This document shows, one piece after another, positions 29,515-40,235 of a stretch of DNA of 64,000 nt. Origin of the DNA: Histomonas meleagridis 2922-C6/04-290x (lineage: Eukaryota; Protista; Parabasalia). Below the pieces are notes generated by a model. The model was not told the DNA's origin. It saw only the letters and a program-made list of their open reading frames with translations, and made no database searches. The number at the start of each line of letters is the position of its first letter. Position 1 is the stretch's first letter. A program made the translations under genes and the position numbers. The DNA is taken from assembly GCA_020184695.1 (NCBI GenBank), contig JAANOX010000205.1, forward strand, positions 434,001 through 498,000. Reading direction: 5' to 3'.

Positions 29515-32160
29515 TTATATATTTCCCATAAATTGATCTTCAATAAAATCTTTTGCAAATGGATCATCTTCAACTCTAGCGATATCGAAAACAGTTGAAT
29601 AATTATTTGTTGGCGTTGCTTCATTTGTATTTATTTCATTTGCTTCTAATTCATAATCGCTACCACTTTGTTTCTTATTTCTCATTCGTATCAATATTAC
29701 TACAATTACTGAAATTATTATGATTACTACAACAGCAATACATACACTAATGATTATAATGATATTTTTATAACCATTATTATTTTCATTTGAATTTTTT
29801 TCGTTTTGAGTAAAAATAAAGAAATAATTAGAATAAAACATATAACATGAAGTATAAGCAAAATATATATATTCATAATAGATCATTGTATCTTTAATAA
29901 ATGTATTTGAAGAGAAATAAAATGTGTTTATAATTGTTGACTTGTAAATAATTGTTTCTGTGATTGAATATGAATAAGTTAATGAAAATGAAAAAGTTAT
30001 ATTCGAATTTATGTAGATTAATGTATTTGATTGAGTAAATGTATTACTTTTTGGAAACGTATTTGACTGAGTGAATGTTTGTGTCGGCGTTATTGTACAT
30101 TCTTTAGTTTTTGGACCTTTTATTACATTTAAATTATAAAATAAGGAACCTTGATATGTATATAATGTCATAACAGTTTCAACAGATGTTGGAAATGATG
30201 AAATTATTGGTTCTTTTTCACCATAAAAAATAACACATCGAAGATTATTACAATCTTGAAATGCCCAACTATTAATTATTGTAACATTTTCACCAATAAT
30301 TAATGTTTCTAAATTAGAACAACCAGCAAATGAATATGGACTAATTATAGAAACATAATTTAGTATTTCAAAACTTTTATTTTGGTTTCCTGATGGATAA
30401 CAAACTATTTGTGATAAATCTTTAGTATAAATAACTCCATCATTTTTATAATTAGTATAATACTCATTATCAATGGATACATTAAAAGATTGAAGATTTT
30501 CACATGAAGGAAAACATGGAAGTTCAATATTGTTAACTGAACTTGGAATTATTATATTCTTTATAAAACCACAAGAATAAAATGCATAACCATAAATTTT
30601 AGTAACATTATTTGGAATTTCAAATATTTCATTTGTTTTTCCTGCTGGATAAAATAATAATGAGCTTAAACTTTTGGAATAAAGAACCCCATCATTATTA
30701 TAATTGGAATAATAAGCATTTTTGGAAGATACATTAAAAAATTGAAGACTTATACAAAAAGAAAAAGCACCAAATTCAATAGTTTTAACAGAACTTGGAA
30801 TTGTAACATTTTTTAAAGAAGAGCATTGATAAAACGCAAATTTGTTTATAGTTGTTAATTTTTCTCCAAATATAACTGTCTCTAAAAGTGTACAATATTG
30901 AAAAGAATAGCCATCAATATAAGTAACATATGGAAGTTCTATAATTTTTAATGAGGAACAATAACGAAATACATCACTATTAATTTTATCAACATTTTCT
31001 CCGATTAAAACTGATTCTAAACTTGAACATAAATAAAATGCTCGATCATCAATCAATTGAACTGAATTAGGAATTTCAATCTTAATCAATGAAGAACATA
31101 AATAAAAAGCATCTTGATTGATTGTTGTAAGAAAATCTGGAAATATTATGTTTGTTAAATTGGAACATGAATGAAATGCATATTCTCCTATTGTATTAAC
31201 AGTTTTTGGGATTTCATAAGTTTCATTTGCATTTCCAGCTGGATAACATATAATTGTAGATATATCTTTATTGTATAAAATACCATCATTGTAATAATTG
31301 GAATAAAATTGATTTTCTTCATAAACTTTAATTTCTTTAAGACTAGTGCAATATTTAAAAACAGTCGATTCAATTGAAGTAACAGAATTAGGAATAACTA
31401 TATTTATTAATGAATAACAATAATTAAATGCCCAATCATAAATTTTCGTAACATTTTCTCCAATTATAACATTTTCTAGATTTTCACAGCCATAAAACAA
31501 TTGCATTGAAACTGAAGTTACCAAATTAGGAATTATTACTTTTTTAATATTAACACAATAAATAAAAGCATCTGTTTGAATTTGTGTAACTGATGAAGGA
31601 ATTTCATATATTTCATTTGTTTTCCCGATTGGATAATATATAAGTCTTGTAATTTCTTTGTCATAAAAAATACCATCTTCCTTCCAATTGGAATATTTTG
31701 AATTATTTTTATTTATGTTGATAAATTGGAGTTGTCCACAATATCTGAATACATCAGATTGGATTAAAGTAACTGATGCAGGAATTACAATTGTTTTTAA
31801 TGAATCACAATATGAAAATGCAGAAGAAGAAATTGTTTCCACTTTTTCTCCAATTGAAACATTTTCTAATTTGACACAGGAACTAAAAGAATAACCACCA
31901 ATTGTAATAACAGAATTTGGAATTATAATAGTTCTTAAAGAAGTACATGATTGAAATGCATACATTTGAAATGTTGTTACATTATTTCCGATAATAACAT
32001 TTTCTAATTGCGAGCACCCACTAAATGCATAACTTCCAATGATTTCAACTGAATTTCCAATAGTTACAGAAATAATTTCTTTCCATCGCATAAAAGCTGC
32101 GCTCAAAATTTCTTTAACTCCGTCCTCAATGATAACATGTTTTGCTAAATTTTTAAATTC
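29515..32160 (-). CDS. BspA-like (TpLRR) surface protein with stalk, TM and DDPFAKDF tail; 5' end disrupted
   Basis: More than 20 repeats of the IP.SV..I...AF..C..L type. The frame is open to about 32200 but the first in-frame ATG is 32091, and the leader lies in another frame (32145-32723). Confidence 0.88.
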   Translation of the reverse strand, partial: EFKNLAKHVIIEDGVKEILSAAFMRWKEIISVTIGNSVEIIGSYAFSGCSQLENVIIGNNVTTFQMYAFQSCTSLRTIIIPNSVITIGGYSFSSCVKLENVSIGEKVETISSSAFSYCDSLKTIVIPASVTLIQSDVFRYCGQLQFININKNNSKYSNWKEDGIFYDKEITRLIYYPIGKTNEIYEIPSSVTQIQTDAFIYCVNIKKVIIPNLVTSVSMQLFYGCENLENVIIGENVTKIYDWAFNYCYSLINIVIPNSVTSIESTVFKYCTSLKEIKVYEENQFYSNYYNDGILYNKDISTIICYPAGNANETYEIPKTVNTIGEYAFHSCSNLTNIIFPDFLTTINQDAFYLCSSLIKIEIPNSVQLIDDRAFYLCSSLESVLIGENVDKINSDVFRYCSSLKIIELPYVTYIDGYSFQYCTLLETVIFGEKLTTINKFAFYQCSSLKNVTIPSSVKTIEFGAFSFCISLQFFNVSSKNAYYSNYNNDGVLYSKSLSSLLFYPAGKTNEIFEIPNNVTKIYGYAFYSCGFIKNIIIPSSVNNIELPCFPSCENLQSFNVSIDNEYYTNYKNDGVIYTKDLSQIVCYPSGNQNKSFEILNYVSIISPYSFAGCSNLETLIIGENVTIINSWAFQDCNNLRCVIFYGEKEPIISSFPTSVETVMTLYTYQGSLFYNLNVIKGPKTKECTITPTQTFTQSNTFPKSNTFTQSNTLIYINSNITFSFSLTYSYSITETIIYKSTIINTFYFSSNTFIKDTMIYYEYIYFAYTSCYMFYSNYFFIFTQNEKNSNENNNGYKNIIIIISVCIAVVVIIIISVIVVILIRMRNKKQSGSDYELEANEINTNEATPTNNYSTVFDIARVEDDPFAKDFIEDQFMGNI

Positions 32161-32723
32161 ATCTGTAAAATCACTTGTATTATATACAGAGTTTGTTTTG
32201 ATTCATCAAATATTTCAGATGTATGATATAAAAATAATGTGAATATTAGTGAATTAAATATAATATTGGATTTTCCATTGATATTATTATCTTTTAATGA
32301 TTTTTGACAAATCAATCTTTTAAATATATGGAAAAATATGATAAAAATAATAATTTCCGTGATTGATGTATTTTCATCTATAAGATTAAAACATTTTATC
32401 ACAGTTTGAGCAAAGTATGAGACAATAGTTTTTTTGAAATTATAATTTTTGATAAAATTAATTTTTTCGATGATAGATACATTTTTTTGTTTATCAGTAT
32501 CATACCAACATATATTATGACATCTAAAAAACAAACTGTGTTTATAATATTCCAAGTTTGAACTGTACTTACCTCCTTTAGCTCTATGATATATTTCATT
32601 TAAATCACTTGTTTCTGAATTCTGATTTTTATTGAATCTTGTTGGATTAAATATTAATGAGTTACTTACCAAACAATTAACACAAGAAATAATGAAGAGT
32701 ATCAAAATCCTGAAAGACGGCAT
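32145..32723 (-). other. Upstream ORF carrying a signal-peptide-like N-terminus, probably the displaced 5' part of the BspA gene
   Basis: It begins MPSFRILILFIISCVNCL and ends ...EIFDESKQTLYI, one base out of frame with NTSDFTDEFKNLAKHVIIEDGVKEI. It contains two GTAAGT donor-like sites (32669, 32572). Confidence 0.45.
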
Positions 32724-33423
32724 TGCGAGAAAAATTTGTTTGCAACGACAGAGTAAACATCACAAAAATTGTTGGAAAGTTTTTGTAAAACTTTTTGAGT
32801 GTCAATATCGAATAAGTATTCAACTTTGAGATCTGGAATACAGTTGTAACCGTCGGGTTTGAATTAGTTTTTTGAACCGTTGCGGTTGGATTGTTTTGAA
32901 GTTCTTATGATGGAAGCGACATAAATTTTTCCAAAATATCTAACATGGCTTATTTAATCTTCAGTAAAAAAGTATTTAACATGTTTGTAATCTAAATGTT
33001 CAATATGCGATTGAAAATTTAATTCAATGACAGATATAAAGCGAATATATTTTAGTAACACTAATTTTTCATGAGCACTAGTGAATTTGAAGTACCACAG
33101 GAAAAACCTGTGAGCAATGCTTAACCATAAAATTTTTGGCTTTTCACTAGCAAAAATAAACAATGAACAGCCTTTCTATATAAATAATTTCTAAATGTAT
33201 GCCAAAAGGTGGGCCTTTAACATTTTATGTATAAAGAATATTGAACTTTCACACTTAATAATATCAAAATATTTTCGACAAATTAATGCCATTTTTAAAA
33301 AAAACTAATTATCCAAGATAAATCTAAAAATGTTGTCAAGATTCTAATGCACAAAATAGATAGAGTTTGCTGCAATGAAGCTTCGCAACATTTTTATATT
33401 TGAGAAAGTATGTTCGATTTAAT

Positions 33424-33726
33424 ATGAACAAAAAGCAACCAAAAGCAACCAAGTTCGATTTCGATTTCATTTCTTTGATTAGAAAATGCTTGAACCTCAT
33501 GGTAAAGCCAGAAACTACAGAAAAAGATATTAACCAATGTGCCAATCAATTTAAGAATATGATGGAAGATGCTCAGAAATATCTTTCGAATATACCAGGT
33601 TTAGACATGACAGAAGAGGAACAGAACCAAAGGATAGAAGATCTAAAAGAAGCTATTCGACAAAAACAACATTTGATTGATGAATGCACGAATTGTTTTG
33701 AAACATGGGACATACAAACAAACTAA
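33424..33726 (+). CDS. MED9: Mediator subunit Med9-like
   Basis: FKNMMEDAQKYLSNIPGLDMTEEEQNQRIEDLKEAIRQKQHLI matches the Med9 C-terminal pattern (xPGxxxSxEEQ...L.xLREQ...K). First ATG at 33424. Confidence 0.6.
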   Translation: MNKKQPKATKFDFDFISLIRKCLNLMVKPETTEKDINQCANQFKNMMEDAQKYLSNIPGLDMTEEEQNQRIEDLKEAIRQKQHLIDECTNCFETWDIQTN

Positions 33727-34066
33727 ACATAACGCTTTTGTTTAATCATATTGTATTTTTTTGGAATCGTGAAATTATTAATGATTTTTTTCATTAATGT
33801 TTAAATTCAATATTTTCAAAATTAAATTAGACACAGTACTAATTTCTTATGTTTTAAATAATAGGTGTTATATCTATATATGAATATTCTTATGTCATTC
33901 AAAAAATTAATTATCATAAACAAATTTTTTATGACATAGAATTACTTCCACTGTGCTATTACCTTTTATACAATATCATTTGAATAAACTGATTGATCAA
34001 ATTTGGTATATCTGAAAAATAAAATTTAAATGAAAAAATATATCGCTTGAATAATTTTATTCACAT

Positions 34067-35749
34067 TTATAATTCATTTATCACATCTTCTGTTTTCAGC
34101 TTTCTTAACATTTCCTCGATTAATTCTTTTTGATATTTCAATAATTCCTCTGTGAATTTTTTAGCTATTTTCGCGTGAGCGAAAGGGATCTCTATTCTTG
34201 CTTTCTGTACCATTATTAATGACACTCTTCTACCTCCGGAGTCGTTTGTTATTTCGATTTCCACATTTTTCCTATTTAACTGAACAAACGTGAATTTCCA
34301 AAGACGGTAATTCTTTTCACCTATTATTAAATCAGTTGCAGACAACTTTACTGGCTTTGATGGGTCAAGTGTTGGGAAAACTTCGTAAACGTTCGAATCC
34401 TCCGGTGAAAAAGTGAACCAGCCAAACCTCTTTGAATTTTGTCTGCATATTGAATATTCGATTTCTATGAGCTCATTCAAACTGATTGGTATTGAATTTT
34501 GTTCGATACCTTTTGGCGACGATAGAAAGTCGAAGTCGAATCTTTGCGGAGGTATTGCGTTGATGAAATAAGCCATTTTCAGGTTTTGTTCATTAGCCAA
34601 TAAGACATCTATCAAGTAGTTTCTATTTTTGATTAACAATCGATAGATTTCTCCTGGAAATTTCTTATACAATTTTTCGAAAATTCGTAATATCACTGTT
34701 AAATGCATTGGTGATGAAAGCATACAACTTTTGATCTTATCGATTGCTTTTTCTTTATTATTATCTTTATTTTCGTTATTAGTTTGTTGATGCTTTGAAA
34801 TGGATTTCATTTCTGAGATTGGGTTTTGAATAAACCCAAGTTTAATGGCTACGTCTAAATAAAGTATCTTAAATGATATAGAATACAATAGAATTCCTAA
34901 TGATAATATATCATTCATTGGTAACGTGGGTAAATATTTTGACACCGTGTGGATCAAAACCGGCCTTAACGGGCTCTCCGATAGGAATTGTAAACTGCAT
35001 CCAAGCAAATGGATGTCGATTTGATTGGTTTTATCGGGGTTAAATTTGGATTTAAAGATGGAAACAAGAAGGTTGGTAAGTTGTGGTGGTGATACATCAA
35101 ATAAATCGGATAAAAAATCAAAACCGTCATCAACTGTACTAAGTGTATCTACAAAATGGACATAATGCTTCTTGGTTGGCTTGAGATCTATAATATCAAG
35201 GATTGGGGGTTCTTTAAGAAGACATAAATTTAAAATTACTAAACGAGCTGCTGATACAGAAATAGAATCTGTGGATGAGATAAATGGAGAGGCATTAGTA
35301 TGTAAAGCACATGTGCGCTTTTCTGAGGAAAAAAGATAGGATGGATTTATGATCTTAAATTTCATTGAAATGCCTTTTAAAACTGTTAAGTAAGCTCGTT
35401 GAATATCTATGTTATTAAAATCAAATTTATAGTCAATAAAGTTATTGGTAAAATCTTTTTCGAATAGGATTTGTGTTTCTTCTTGAGATGAACATCCTTG
35501 AATAATAGAATCATAAAATCGTAACATCTTAAGTTGAAGATCTTGGATAATATCGCCTTCATAAAGAGCAAAAGATATTGTATCAAATATTACTTTTGAA
35601 ACGATTTCTAATTTATTTTTGTAAGAATCCTTAACATTTGCGAAAATACCCAATGTTTCAATTAGCTGCTCTCCGAAGAGAATCTGATTACTTTGGTTAT
35701 AATTTTTTTTAAGCTCTTTTGCACATTTTTCCACCCCACCAAGATCCAT
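34067..35749 (-). CDS. CLEC16A/GOP-1/TT9-like protein (FPL domain)
   Basis: FIDYKFDFNNIDIQRAYLTVLKGISMK...ALHTNASPF...SVSAARLVILN aligns with the CLEC16A FPL domain. The ATG at 35749 is preceded by TCACTT. Confidence 0.7.
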   Translation of the reverse strand: MDLGGVEKCAKELKKNYNQSNQILFGEQLIETLGIFANVKDSYKNKLEIVSKVIFDTISFALYEGDIIQDLQLKMLRFYDSIIQGCSSQEETQILFEKDFTNNFIDYKFDFNNIDIQRAYLTVLKGISMKFKIINPSYLFSSEKRTCALHTNASPFISSTDSISVSAARLVILNLCLLKEPPILDIIDLKPTKKHYVHFVDTLSTVDDGFDFLSDLFDVSPPQLTNLLVSIFKSKFNPDKTNQIDIHLLGCSLQFLSESPLRPVLIHTVSKYLPTLPMNDILSLGILLYSISFKILYLDVAIKLGFIQNPISEMKSISKHQQTNNENKDNNKEKAIDKIKSCMLSSPMHLTVILRIFEKLYKKFPGEIYRLLIKNRNYLIDVLLANEQNLKMAYFINAIPPQRFDFDFLSSPKGIEQNSIPISLNELIEIEYSICRQNSKRFGWFTFSPEDSNVYEVFPTLDPSKPVKLSATDLIIGEKNYRLWKFTFVQLNRKNVEIEITNDSGGRRVSLIMVQKARIEIPFAHAKIAKKFTEELLKYQKELIEEMLRKLKTEDVINEL

Positions 35750-35861
35750 ATAGGAGAAAAGTGACAGCAAAGTTTGTGTAAAAAATGTCAAATAACCTTT
35801 TTTAATTGGTTAAAAAGTCAAATTCAATTTCTCACAAAAAATCGAGTTTTTAATAATAAAG

Positions 35862-37463
35862 TCAATTCACCGATACGTGTCGCTTTGTTTTGTTGCCTTT
35901 CATGTTTCGTTTTGTATCTATTGTGTGTCTCCTTTTATTGTTTTCACCCTTTAGGTTTTTCATGTTTTGTGATATTTCTGATTGTGAAACTTGGATGTGT
36001 TGTAATGCTTGAATTAATGGTTTCCCTTTCCACATGAAGTCTTCACCATTATTCTCTTTGAAGCATATCAAGTTCAGTTTTAGTTTCTTTTCTATCCTTG
36101 GAAGATTATATTTGTATCTTCTCGTGACTTTTTCTTGGTGCATTTTTTCTTGTAACTTCGTTTCTTGGTCTTCTTTGCTTTCGATTTCATCAGTGGTTTT
36201 ATGTTTTCGGTGATGTTTTCTATGTGCATCTGTTTCATCTTCTTTTTCAGGATTATTCAGTTTATTATAATCATCAAGTATAGCTTCCCGTTGTTGAATT
36301 AGATCAATTATTGGCCGTGCAGCAATTTGAAGCTTTTTCAAGTAAATCAGTTCATTTTCATAATTTGTATAAATACGGACAAGTTTGTCAGTCTCCTCTT
36401 CTCCAAGCGAATTATTGTTATTGAGGCGGAAAGTGACTTGGGATTGACGTTTTGGCTTTTCATTTTCTTCAGATGTATTATCATTTTTTTGATTGAGGAA
36501 ATTTGTACAACGATTGTAAATTTCTTGAATCTGATCTTTGCTGTATGTAAGTTCAGTACATATGTTGGAAATTTCGTTGCGCATTTTTTCAATTATTGAT
36601 GGAAGTTGTCTGTTACGTTGTCTAGTAAGCTTTTCAATCTCATATACACAATCTTGTACATTCTTTTGGCTAAGAAGTGTGTGAGAGTTGATGAAATAAG
36701 ATCTTTCTTGTTGACCAATTTCAAGGATATCCCAAAGACGAGTAATAGTAACAGCCATATCAGCAACAGATTTCTTCCTGGATTCATGGAGTTCTTGAAG
36801 ATATGGAAGATAATCAAGTAATCTCTTGAATGCAGAATTAGAATAAATTCGTTTTGAAAGAATATCATCGATTTCTTTAGGTTTTTCTTCTTGAAGTTCT
36901 TCTGTGAGTTCTTGGATTTGATTTTCTATTTCCTCAAAGCGAATAGATCTTGAATTCACTTCTTCATCAAGTTGCCTTGCTTTAGCTTCAAACTGTGATA
37001 GACGTTCCTTTGTAAGATCTTCTTTAGATATCTCTGCAAAGTCTCCTTTTTGGTTACTATTTGTAATTCCAAGTAGTGAATAACTCAAATCGATTTTTTG
37101 TTTTAACTCTTCAAATTGTAGATATCTATCATTATATACCCTAGAATAACTATTGAAGTTGTTTTGAACTTCGTTATATCTTTCTGTTAATGAACCCTTT
37201 TTTCCGCTTTCATTAACAAGATCAATTTCTGCTTGTGTTGCATTCATGGATTCGAGCATTTCAATATGTTTAGCTTTTATTTCTTCAATTTCAGCAAGCA
37301 TTTTTTGACATTTTGAAAGAGTAGAAGATATAAAACCAGATCTTACATCCTCAATTGATTGTCTAATTTTAGCAATTTTTTCCTCTTTTTCATTTTTGGT
37401 GTATCCTATTTCATTCCAGATTTTATCCAAATCTTGATAAAAATCTTTTGTTGATTCTTCCAT
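35862..37463 (-). CDS. Microtubule-bundling protein of the PRC1/Ase1/MAP65 family
   Basis: LDKIWNEIG, ITRLWDIL, EIEKL...LPSIIEKMRNEI and EKVTRR...LPRIEKKL....F...NGEDFMWKG. Confidence 0.82.
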   Translation of the reverse strand: MEESTKDFYQDLDKIWNEIGYTKNEKEEKIAKIRQSIEDVRSGFISSTLSKCQKMLAEIEEIKAKHIEMLESMNATQAEIDLVNESGKKGSLTERYNEVQNNFNSYSRVYNDRYLQFEELKQKIDLSYSLLGITNSNQKGDFAEISKEDLTKERLSQFEAKARQLDEEVNSRSIRFEEIENQIQELTEELQEEKPKEIDDILSKRIYSNSAFKRLLDYLPYLQELHESRKKSVADMAVTITRLWDILEIGQQERSYFINSHTLLSQKNVQDCVYEIEKLTRQRNRQLPSIIEKMRNEISNICTELTYSKDQIQEIYNRCTNFLNQKNDNTSEENEKPKRQSQVTFRLNNNNSLGEEETDKLVRIYTNYENELIYLKKLQIAARPIIDLIQQREAILDDYNKLNNPEKEDETDAHRKHHRKHKTTDEIESKEDQETKLQEKMHQEKVTRRYKYNLPRIEKKLKLNLICFKENNGEDFMWKGKPLIQALQHIQVSQSEISQNMKNLKGENNKRRHTIDTKRNMKGNKTKRHVSVN

Positions 37464-37778
37464 CCCAAAAATGAGTAAACGTATGAAAAAGTGTCAATGA
37501 AGATTTTCTTTTTGAACAATTGGACATATCTTTAAACATAATTTAGATACTGAAAACCATTTTGTTGCAAACACATTAAAACCAACAAGGTTCAGTCACT
37601 CTTGTTAATAAAAAAATTCTAAATCATCTTTCACATCTTATGCTCCTAAATGATTACAACAAATATAGAGGGCGCTACAGCTCTGTAGCAAACTTTTAGA
37701 AGTCAAAAAGCTGCTAACTAAATTGAAAGCAATCAAGTTGTTAATTTTATAAATTAAAAAAAAAGACTCAACATAAAT

Positions 37779-38966
37779 TTATGCACATCCGCTGAAAACA
37801 TAGTTTCCAGCCTTTGTTGTGTACTTAATAGCTTTTGTTACTTTTGGCATGTTTTCAACATCAACAGCTTCCACCTTTAATCCACTCATTGTAAATCCAG
37901 GAGCAGTGAAGGAAACAAAGATTGGGATTTCACAAGCTTCTGGCTCGAAGTCGGTTGAGATCGATGCGCTTCCACTCAGAATCAAAAATTCTTTCTTTGA
38001 TATATTCACATCCCATTTCACAGTTTTGGTTGCAACGTCATAAGACACAGAGCCGGCAGCAGTTGCGAGTGACGGACATGAAATTCCATCGGGAAATGAA
38101 AAAGTGACTTTAACGTCCTCCAACGGTTTTGGTAAGTTTTGATCAATGCGAATGTTGATCTCGAAAATCACTCCTACCTTCGACCATGTGAACTTGGGAA
38201 CCAAGAAAACAGGGAGATTTGCAATTTGAGGTTTGGTGGTATATGTCATTAATACAAAATCACCATCTGGTGGAACAAATTGGAACTTTCTGCCAAGGTA
38301 CTGAGAAGAGCCAATACATCTATGGAAAGTGTAATCGTCTAAAACATTGGATATTGCAATAGATAAATTAACTTGTGGTGAACCATTGAGATGGGAATGA
38401 ATAGAAATAGATCCTCTTACCATAAGGAGATCAGATTTACCATGGCTATTGATTCGTGTTTCAATTGTCTCAGTTGCTTCAACATATATTTCGCCAGGAC
38501 CTTTAACTGTTTGTGATGTTCTCCATGGGTGCTGATTATCCACATTAATTTTATCCGAATTTTGGCTTTTCATAGTTGAAATCAAAACATTTTGTTCATC
38601 CAAAAATGGATAACCACAGTTAAGAATTTGATCAAGCGTCTGATAAACTACAGGATACTCTGTTTTTACAGATGCCTCCGTGAATCCATTTTTCATTGTG
38701 TTTTGAAGAATTGGTGCAATACTTGATAAAATAACAGATGTAAAGAGTGTTGGTGCATCTGCATCACATGCACCGACAATGAAAAGGTTATTTTCTTTGA
38801 CGATTAAATAAAGGATTCCGAATGATTCAATTATTGGAGGTGGATTTTGAGAATTTTTGATGGAATAACAAACTGGCTCGAGTTCTTCACGTTTTGTTTT
38901 GTCTTGGTAGTGCTTTTCGATGAGGACTTCTCCATTTTTGCTAATGATGAAAATACTTTTTATCAT
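37779..38966 (-). CDS. AP3M: Adaptor complex medium subunit, AP-3 mu type
   Basis: MIKSIFIISKNGEVLIEKHY, VYQTLDQILNCGYP, HPWR, EIYVEATETI, FHRC and FVPPDGDFVLMTY. ATG at 38966. Confidence 0.85.
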   Translation of the reverse strand: MIKSIFIISKNGEVLIEKHYQDKTKREELEPVCYSIKNSQNPPPIIESFGILYLIVKENNLFIVGACDADAPTLFTSVILSSIAPILQNTMKNGFTEASVKTEYPVVYQTLDQILNCGYPFLDEQNVLISTMKSQNSDKINVDNQHPWRTSQTVKGPGEIYVEATETIETRINSHGKSDLLMVRGSISIHSHLNGSPQVNLSIAISNVLDDYTFHRCIGSSQYLGRKFQFVPPDGDFVLMTYTTKPQIANLPVFLVPKFTWSKVGVIFEINIRIDQNLPKPLEDVKVTFSFPDGISCPSLATAAGSVSYDVATKTVKWDVNISKKEFLILSGSASISTDFEPEACEIPIFVSFTAPGFTMSGLKVEAVDVENMPKVTKAIKYTTKAGNYVFSGCA

Positions 38967-39172
38967 TCCAAATGTCAAATGACGGACACCAAAAATTTGA
39001 GAGAAAATAAAATTGTCAATTCACAATAGAACGTTTATACAGTGCCCAATTTGAATCAAATTTCATTTCACATAAATAAAACAATCCAGAAGAAAGAAAT
39101 AATACTTTATCAACTTCAATAAATACAACAAATGCAATTCAATAAGTGTTTACTATTTCCAAATGATGGGAT

Positions 39173-39910
39173 TTATTGCGCATTTTCCTCTGTTTGATTT
39201 TCCGGAATTATTGGATCTGTTGTTTGTTGTGATGTACCATGTGCCAGTGCCATCGGTGCTGAAACTGGAATAATATCAGTGTGATTATCATTGGCTTTCT
39301 TCTGTAAAAAGATATACCTAAACCGACACTGTACATCACTTCTGTTTCCTAACTCAGAAGATACCCTTGTCCAAGACTTGGTCCCAAAGGCTTTGACTGC
39401 TTCAAGGAGCTTTTCTTCTTCTTCTCTTGACCAATTACATTTTGTAATCTTTGGATCAAGAACACGGTGCCATCTCTGGCTGCACTGTGATCTAGTCCTT
39501 CCGCCTCCTACATAATTAGCAACCATTAACCAATTATCATATCCATGAAGTTGAATTCCTGTTATTAATCGTTCGTCTTCTTCAGGAGTCCAATTTTGCG
39601 CTTTTCTTCTGAAACCTGCGAACTGACCTTTGTGACTTCTTTTATAGAAATTACTTACAATTGTATTTGAATGTCCAATTTCATTTGCTTGTGCTTGAAT
39701 CGTTTCTCTAACCTTTTGTAGCGTGTGTGTTGTTTTAGTTAGTTCTTCAAGCCTATGATTTGTTTCATCTGAAGTAATTTCTTGAGTAAAATATTGGTTT
39801 AATATTTCAAAGAAGCTATAAGCCATATCCTTGTTTTCTTCTGTTGTTGTCCCTGTTATAATTTTGAACAGCTTATCGAAAAATGGAATATTTCCAGTGA
39901 CTTGAGCCAT
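39173..39910 (-). CDS. R2R3 Myb transcription factor
   Basis: WTPEEDERL..GI..HG..NW..VA..VG.GRTRSQCSQRW.RVLDPKI.K..WSREEEEKL...W..VS..LGNRSDVQCRFRY. ATG at 39910. Confidence 0.92.
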   Translation of the reverse strand: MAQVTGNIPFFDKLFKIITGTTTEENKDMAYSFFEILNQYFTQEITSDETNHRLEELTKTTHTLQKVRETIQAQANEIGHSNTIVSNFYKRSHKGQFAGFRRKAQNWTPEEDERLITGIQLHGYDNWLMVANYVGGGRTRSQCSQRWHRVLDPKITKCNWSREEEEKLLEAVKAFGTKSWTRVSSELGNRSDVQCRFRYIFLQKKANDNHTDIIPVSAPMALAHGTSQQTTDPIIPENQTEENAQ

Positions 39911-40235
39911 TGCAAAAATGAGGTGCCTTTGAACCAAACTTCATAACACATTCAATTTTCAATAATTTATTTGTGAGTGCTAAGGAGTACGTTAGCACGA
40001 TATGATCTGGTTTTTCATTTTTATAGAAAATAATCAAAATAATTTGCTCTAAATAATTTATTATTATCTATTATCGAATTGGAGAAAAATATATTCATTA
40101 CAAAAAGGAAAAGCAATAATAACGCGAGAAATGTTTAGATAAAGATTATAACTTTTTCAATTGCGATATCAACTTTTTGAAACAAAAGTGATATTTTGGC
40201 GCCAAATTTGATAGGATTTTATTCAAGAATTTTTG

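Noticed and set aside
34391-34400. tRNA T-loop-like GTTCGAATCC
   Set aside because: It is on the antisense strand of the CLEC16A-like CDS, and no acceptor, D or anticodon arms can be built around it.
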